NCBI GenBank assembly: GCA_965209085.1
Contig: OZ242376.1
Coordinates: 1,088,001 to 1,152,000 of the forward strand
Length of the DNA stretch: 64,000 nt
Direction of reading: 5' to 3'
Source of the DNA: Nitrosopumilaceae archaeon
GTDB taxonomy: Archaea; Thermoproteota; Nitrososphaeria; Nitrososphaerales; Nitrosopumilaceae
The notes below the pieces were generated by a model. It was not told where the DNA came from. It did not search any database and saw nothing but the letters and a program-made list of their open reading frames with translations. The position numbers were made by a program, and so were the translations under genes. This document shows positions 52,801 to 61,800 of this stretch, piece by piece; within the stretch, counting starts at the first letter, position 1; every line of letters begins with the position of its first letter.

Positions 52801-55800
52801 TGGGGTGTTTGATATTTCAAAAAAGTTTACAGTGTTGAATGTTTTGCCGTTTGTACTGGTTATTTTTCCGGCAGGTGTGTCAACAAAATTGTGTTTAAAT
52901 CCAATGTGTGCTGCATTTTGCACGTTGACTGTTCTGGTAATTGTACTGCCAAGGTTTCCTGCCGCATCGTTTGCTGCAGTGTAAGAGAGCGTGTACGTGC
53001 CTACCGTACTGGTGCTTATTGTACTAGTGCTGTATACAATAGTATCTGCATATGAGGCATCAGTTGCAACAGCACCCGGATCCATAAAAGTGACCCCTTG
53101 GGCTATGGTTATATTTTGAGCACCGCGCAGCGATATGGCAGGTCTTATTGTATCAATTGTAACGTATGAATTGTCAGTTATTTCAGAGTTTGTCATGTAT
53201 AAGATATTCCCTCCGGCATTTTCCAATAAAATGGTAAACATTGCATCACCGTTTGGACTTTGATCAGATATTGTAGCAGAAAGGGTCACAGTGTTGCCAG
53301 ATATTGCAGATGTAGCATTTGTGCCAAACAGCGTACCGCTTACACTGGTCGGATCAAAGCCATCCAAAACAAGTGTGAGTGATACTGTATGTCCGGCGCG
53401 TGCAAAATTATCACTGCCAGTGCCTGATATGCCCAAAGATGTAACAAGTGTTTGCGAGCTATTTGATACGGTAACTGTTCGTGTTATACTAGGACCGGCA
53501 TTTCCTGCCCCATCTGTAGCTGCAGTATACGTGTACGTTACTGTAGAGTTTATCACGCCAGTATCCAAAGTGCCGATGATTGCAGTAGTAAATGTATAAG
53601 GATAGTTTGGGTCCCCATCAGTTATGATTACACCAGGGATGGACGGATCAATTGAATTCAAAGGTACCGTAAAAGATGAGTTACCGATGAGGGATATTTC
53701 AGGTGCGATTGTATCGATGAATGTGCGACTGTTCTGCGGTATGCCACTCTCTGTTACAGACAGGGTTGTACCCTCAGCGTTTGCAACCTGTATTGCAAAG
53801 GTTGCATACGATTCTGTTTGTACAGGAGGTACGGTTATTGTTGCACTAAAATCTGCGCCGCTTATGGATACGGCAGGGGTTAATCCCAGTATTTGGCTTG
53901 TATGAGATGAAATTGTGTCATTTACGGTAAATTGTAATGTGAGTGTATCGCCTGTTTTTGCATATGCCGGATTTGAATTATCTCCAGTTAAGGTTATAGA
54001 GGTATAGTCCAGTTTTATGATTTGGAGACCGTCATTATTTGAGGCTATAAATGCATATATTTTGCCATTTATGGTTGCAGTAATAATATCTCTTGGGTTA
54101 TCCAGATTTACATAACCGCCAGTATTATCCGTGAGAGAATATGTAGGTTGGGGGTTGTATGGGTCTGTAATGTCTATGATTTGGACGCCATCATCATTAA
54201 TGGATACTGTCAAAGCATAAACTGATGATCCTACAGTTACGGTGGTGATCCTATATGGACCATCTAGTTCATCATAGCCATCTATTCCATCTGTTACACT
54301 TGATGCATTTGATGGGTTGTATGGGTCTGTAATGTTTATGATTTGGATGCTATCATCATTAAAGGATGCCACCAAGGCATAAACTGATGATCCTACAGTT
54401 ACGGTGGTGATGCCATATGCACCATCTAGTTTATCATAGCCATGCATTCCATCTGTTACACTTGATGCATTTGATGGGTTGTATGGGTCTGTAATGTCTA
54501 TGATTTGGACGCCATCATCATTATTGGATGCCACCAAGGCATAAATTGATGCACCGATTGTTACAGTGGTAATGTCAAATGCGCCTCCTAGTTCCAAATA
54601 ACCATCCGTATCATCGGTAAGGTAGGATACATTTGAGGGGCTGAGGGGGTTTGTAACGTCTATGATTTGGACGCCGTTTGTAGGAGAGGCCGATGCAAAC
54701 AGTGCAAAAGTTGAGGCACCTATTGTTACGGTTGTAACGCTTTGTGCATTGTATAGTCGCGGATACTCTGTGCCGTTTACAAGTGTTGCAATAACAGAGG
54801 GGGATGCAGGTGAGCTGATGTCGAGTATACTAGTATTACCGATACCACCTGCAGCTATGGCATATTGGGTATTATCTATTGTAAAGATGGATGTTTTGTA
54901 TGCAGGTATGAAACCGGTATTATTAAATACTATACTAGGTAATGCAGGATTTGTAACGTCTGCAATAATCCATGCTGCGCTGGATCCTTCCGTTAACAAG
55001 GCATATGTTTTACCACTTGTTTCAAACAGATTGATGGTAGTAGGAGGTATATTGGTTGAAAAATCAGTACCTTTTGTTAGTATTCCACTCGGAGAGTGGA
55101 TAAATTTAGTTACAAATGCCAACGGCGCTGCATCCAAAACAATCACAGTACGGGATATGGTGTTTCCTTGATTTCCTGCAACATCTGCAGGAGCTGCATA
55201 GGTTAGCGTGTACGTACCTGCAACATTTGTATTTACAGTACCTGTGCCATTTACGATGGTATTCGAATATGAGGCATCAGTTGCAGTAGCACCCGGATCC
55301 GTAAAAATAGCCCCCTTTGCAACGTTTACATTGTCTGTACCGCGCAGCGATATGGCAGGTTTTATTGTATCAATTGTAACGTATGAATTGTCAGTTATTT
55401 CAGAGTTTGTCACGTATAAGATATTCCCTCCGGCATTTTCCAATAAAATGGTAAACATTGCATCACCGTTTGGACTTTGATCAGATATTGTAGCAGAAAG
55501 GGTCACAGTATTGCCAGATATTGCAGATGTAGCATTTATGCCAAACAGCGTACCGCTTACACTGGTCGGATCAAAGCTATCCAAAACAAGTGTGAGTGAT
55601 ACTGTCTGTCCGGCACGTGCAAAATTATCACTGCCGGTGCCTGATATGCCCAAAGATGTGACAAATGTTTGCGAGCTATTTGATACGGTAACTGTTCGTG
55701 TTATACTAGGACCGGCATTTCCTGCCCCATCAGTAGCTGCAGTATACGTGTACGTTACTGTAGAGTTTATCACGCTAGTATTCAAAGTGCCAATGATTGC

Positions 55801-58800
55801 AGTAGTAAAGGTATCAGGATAGTTTGGGTCCCCATCAGTTATGATTACACCAGGGATGGACGGATCAATTGAATTCAAAGGTACCGTAAAAGATGAGGGA
55901 CCGATGAGGGATATTTCAGGTGCGATTGTATCGATGAATATGCGACTGTTCTGCGGTATGGCACTCTCTGTTACAAACAGGGTCGTACCCTCAGCGTTTG
56001 CAACCTGTATTGCAAAGGTTGCATATGATTCTGTTTGTACAGGAGGTACGGTTATTGTTGCACTAAAATCTGCGCCGCTTATGGATACGGCAGGGGTTAA
56101 TCCCAGTATTTGGCTTGTATGAGATGAAATTGTGTCATTTACGGTAAATTGTAATGTGAGTGTATCGCCTGTTTTTGCATATGCCGGATTTGAATTATCT
56201 CCAGTTAAGGTTATAGAGGTATAGTCCAGTTTTATGATTTGGAGACCGTCATTATTTGAGGCTATAAATGCATATATTTTGCCATTTATGGTTGCAGTAA
56301 TGACATCTCTTGGGTTATCCAGATTTACATAACCGCCAGTATTATCCGTGAGAGAATATGTAGGTTGGGGGTTGTATGGGTCTGTAATGTCTATGATTTG
56401 GACGCCATCATCATTAATGGATACTGTCAAAGCATAAACTGATGATCCTACAGTTACGGTGGTGATCCTATATGGACCATCTAGTTCATCATAGCCATCT
56501 ATTCCATCTGTTACACTTGATGCATTTGATGGGTTGTATGGGTCTGTAATGTTTATGATTTGGATGCTATCATCATTAAAGGATGCCACCAAGGCATAAA
56601 CTGATGATCCTACAGTTACGGTGGTGATGCCATATGCACCATCTAGTTTATCATAGCCATGCATTCCATCTGTTACACTTGATGCATTTGATGGGTTGTA
56701 TGGGTCTGTAATGTCTATGATTTGGACGCCATCATCATTATTGGATGCCACCAAGGCATAAACTGATGCACCGATTGTTACAGTGGTAATGTCAAATGCG
56801 CCTCCTAGTTCCAAATAACCATCCGTATCATCGGTAAGGTAGGATACATTTGAGGGGCTGAGGGGGTTTGTAACGTCTATGATTTGGACGCCGTTTGTAG
56901 GAGAGGCCGATGCAAACAGTGCAAAAGTTGAGGCACCTATTGTTACGGTTGTAACGCTTTGTGCATTGTATAGTCGCGGATACTCTGTGCCGTTTACAAG
57001 TGTTGCAATAACAGAGGGGGATGCAGGTGAGCTGATGTCGAGTATACTAGTATTACCGATACCACCTGCAGCTATGGCATATTGGGTATTATCTATTGTA
57101 AAGATGGATGTTTTGTATGCAGGTATGAAACCGGTATTATTAAATACTATACTAGGTAATGCAGGATTTGTAACGTCTGCAATAATCCATGCTGCGCTGG
57201 ATCCTTCCGTTAACAAGGCATATGTTTTACCACTTGTTTCAAACAGATTGATGGTAGTAGGAGGTATATTGGTTGAAAAATCAGTACCTTTTGTTAGTAT
57301 TCCACTCGGAGAGTGGATAAATTTAGTTACAAATGCCAACGGCGCTGCATCCAAAACAATCACAGTACGGGATATGGTGTTTCCTTGATTTCCTGCACCG
57401 TCTGCAGGAGCTGCATAGGTTAGCGTGTACGTACCTGCAACATTTGTATTTACAGTACCTGTGCCATTTACGATGGTATTCGAATATGAGGCATCAGTTG
57501 CAGTAGCACCCGGATCCGTAAAAATAGCCCCCTTTGCAATGTTTACATTATCTGTACCGCGTAGCGATATGGCAGGTTTTATTGTATCAATTGTAACGTA
57601 TGAATTGTCAGTTATTTCAGAGTTTGTCATGTATAAGATATTCCCTCCGGCATTTTCCAATAAAATGGTAAACATTGCATCACCGTTTGGACTTTGATCA
57701 GATATTGTAGCAGAAAGGGTCACAGTGTTGCCAGATATTGCAGATGTAGCATTTGTGCCAAACAGCGTACCGCTTACACTAATCGGATCAAAGCTATCCA
57801 AAACAAGTGTGAGTGATACTGTATGTCCGGCGCGTGCAAAATTATCACTGCCAGCACCTGATATGCCCAAAGATGTAACAAGTGTTTGCGAGCTATTTGA
57901 TACGGTAACTGTTCGTGTTATACTAGGACCGGCATTTCCTGCCCCATCAGTAGCTGCAGTATACGTGTACGTTACTGTAGAGTTTATCACGCTAGTGTCC
58001 AAAGTGCCGATGATTGCAGTAGTAAATGTATAAGGATAGTTTGGGTCCCCATCAGTTATGATTACACCAGGAATGGACGGATCAATTGAATTCAAAGGTA
58101 CCGTAAAAGATGAGGGACCGATGAGGGATATTTCAGGTGCGATTGTATCGATGAATATGCGACTGTTCTGCGGTATGGCACTCTCTGTTACAAACAGGGT
58201 TGTACCCTCAGCGTTTGCAACCTGTATTGCAAAGGTTGCATATGATTCTGTTTGTACAGGAGGTACAGTTATTGTTGCACTAAAATCTGCGCCGCTTATG
58301 GATACGGCAGGGTTTAATCCCAACAGTTGGCTTGTATGAGATGAGATTGTATCATTTACGGTAAATTGTAATGTGAGTGTATCGGCTGTCTTTGCATATG
58401 CTGGATTTGAATTATCTCCAGTTAAGGTTATAGATGTATAGTCCAGTTTTATGATTTGGAGGCCATCATTATTTGAGGCTATAAATGCATATATTTTGCC
58501 ATTTATGGTTGCAGTAATAATATCTCTTGAGTTATCCAGATTTACATAACCGCCAGTATTATCCGTGAGAGAATATGCAGGTTGGGGGTTGTATGGGTCT
58601 GTAATGTCTATGATTTGGATGCCATCATCATTAAAGGATGCCACCAAGGCATAAACTGATGATCCTACAGTTACGGTGGTGATGTCATATGGATCATCTA
58701 GTGTATTATAGCCGCCTACTTCGTCTGTTACACTTGATGCAGGTAATGGGTTGTATGGGTTTGTAATGTTTATGATTTGGACGCCATCATCCACAGCGCC

Positions 58801-61800
58801 TGTCACCAAGGCATAAACTGATGATCCTACAGTTACGGTGGTGATGTCATATGGACCATCTAGTTCATCATAGCCGTCTATTCCATCTGTAATGTTTGAT
58901 GCAGGTAATGGGTTGTATGGGTCTGTAATGTTTATGATTTGGACGCCATCATCCAAAAAGCCTATCGCCAAGGCATAAACTGATGCACCGATTGTTACGG
59001 TGGTGATGCCAAATGCGTGCCCTAGTTCAAAATAACCATCCGTATCATCGGTAAGGTATGATACAGGTGATGGGTTGTGTGGGTTTGTAACGTCTATGAT
59101 TTGGACGCCGTTTGAAGGAGAGGCTGATGCAAACAGTGCAAAAGTTGAGGCACCTATTGTTACGGTTGTAACGCCTAGTGCATTGTATAGTCGCGGATAG
59201 TCTGTGCCGTTTACAAGTGTTGCAATAACAGAGGGGGATGCAGGTGAGCTAATGTCGATTATACGAGTAGCACCGTTACCACCTGCCGCTATGGCATATT
59301 GGTTATTATCTATTGTAAAGATGGATGTTTTGTATGTAGATGCGAAAGAGGTATTACTAAATACTACACTAGGTAATGCAGGATTTGTAACGTCTGCAAT
59401 AATCCATGCTCCGATAGATCCATGCGCTAACAAGACATATGTTTTACCACTTGTTTCAAACAGATTGATGCTATCAGCAGATATCACGGTTGGAAAATCA
59501 GTACCTCTTGTTAGTATTCCACTCGGAGAGTGGATAAATTTAGTTTCAAGTGCCAACTGCGCTACATTCAAAACATTCACAGTACGGGATACGGTGTTTC
59601 CTTGATTTCCTGCAACATCTGCCGGAGCTGCATAGTTTAGCGTGTACGTACCTGCAACATTTGTGTTTACAGTACCTGTGCCATTTACGATGGTATTTGC
59701 ATATGAGGCATCAGTTGCAATAGCACCCGGATCCGTAAAAATAGCCCCCTTTGCAACGTTTACATTGTCTGTACCGCGCAACGATATGGCAGGTTTTATT
59801 GTATCAATTGTAACGTATGAATTGTCAGTTATTTCAGAGTTTGTCATGTATAAGATATTCCCTCTAGCATTTTCCAATAAAATGGTAAACATTGCATCAC
59901 CGTTTGGACTTTGATCAGATATTGTAGCAGAAAGGGTCACAGTATTGCCAGATATAACAGGTGTAGCATTTGTGCCAAACAGCGTACCGCTTACACTAAT
60001 CGGATCAAAGCTATCCAAAACAAGTGTGAGTGATACTGTCTGCCCAGCACGTACAAAATTATCACTGCCGGTGCCTGATATGCCCAAAGATGTAACAAAT
60101 GTTTGCGAGCTATTTGATACGGTAACTGTTCGTGTTACACTAGGACCGGCATTTCCTGCCCCATCAGTAGCTGCAGTATACGTGTACGTTACTGTAGAGT
60201 TTATCATGCCAGTATCCAAAGTGCCAATGATTGCAGTAGTAAAGGTATCAGGATAGTTTGAGTCCCCATCAGTTATGATTACACCAGGGATGGGCGGATC
60301 AATTGAATTCAAAGGTACCGTAAAAGATGAGTTGCCGATGAGGGATATTTCAGGTGCGATTGTATCGATGAATATGCGACTGTTCTGCGGTATGGCACTC
60401 TCTGTTACAAACAGGGTTGTACCCTCAGCGTTTGCAACCTGTACTGCAAAGGTTGCATATGATTCTGTTTGTACGGAGGGTACGGTTATTGTTGCACTAA
60501 AATCTGCACCGCTTATGGATACTGCAGGGTTTAATCCCAGTATTTGGCTTGTATGAGATGAGATTGTGTCATTTATGGTAAATTGTACGGTGAGTGTATC
60601 GCCTGTTTTGGCATATGCTGGATTTGTATTGTTGCTAATTATGTTAACCGGTGGTGATTCCAGTTTTATTATTTGGAGACCATCATTTGAGGCTATAAAT
60701 GCATATATTTTGCCATTTATGGTTGCAGTAATAACAGCTCTTGAGTCATCTAGATTTTCATAACCATCAGTATTATCCATGAAAGAATATGCAGGTTTGG
60801 GGTTGTATGGGTTTGTAATGTCTATTGTTTGGATGCCTTCATCAAAAATGGATACCACCAAGGCATAAACGGATGATCCTACAGTTGCGGTGGTGATGCT
60901 ATATGGACCATCTAGTTCATCATAGCCGCCTATTCCTTCTGTTGTACTTGATGCATTTGATGGGTTGTATGGGTCTGTAATGTTTATGATTTGGACGCCA
61001 TCATCATTAATGGATGCCGCCAAGGCATAAACGGATGATCCTACAGTTACGGTGGTGATGCTATATGGACCATCTAGTTCATCATAGCCGTCCATCCCGT
61101 CTGTAATGCTTGATGCAGGTAATGGGTTGTATGGGTCTGTAATGTCTATGATTTGGATGCCATTATCATAGGATGCCACCAAGGCATAAACGGATGCGCC
61201 GATTGTTACAGTGGTGATGTCATTTGCGTCTCCTAGTTCCAAATAACCATCCGTATCATCGGTAAGGTATGATACAGGTGAGGGGCTGTGGGGATTTGTA
61301 ACGTCTATGATTTGGACGCCGTTTGAAGGATTACCTGATGCAAACAGTGCAAAAGTTGAGGCACCTATTGTTACGGTTGTAACGCTTTGTGCATTGTATA
61401 GTCGCGGATACTCTGTGCCGTTTACAAGTGTTGCAATAACAGAGGGGGATGCAGGTAAGCTAATGTCAATTATACGATTAGTACCGGTACTACCTGCAGT
61501 TATGGCATATTGGTTATTATCTATTGTAAAGATTGATGTTTTGTATGCAGATGCGTAAGAGGCATTAACATATACTAAACTAGGTGATGCAGGATTTGTA
61601 ACGTCTGCAATAATCCATGCCCCGCTAGATCCATGCGCTAACAAGGCATATGTTTTACCACTTGTTTCAAACAGATTGATGTTATTAGTAAATATCGGGT
61701 CTGGAAAATCAATACCTCTTATTAGACTTCCACTCGGAGAGTGGATAAATTTATTTTCAAATGCCAACTGCGCCACATTCAAAACATTCACAGTACGGGA

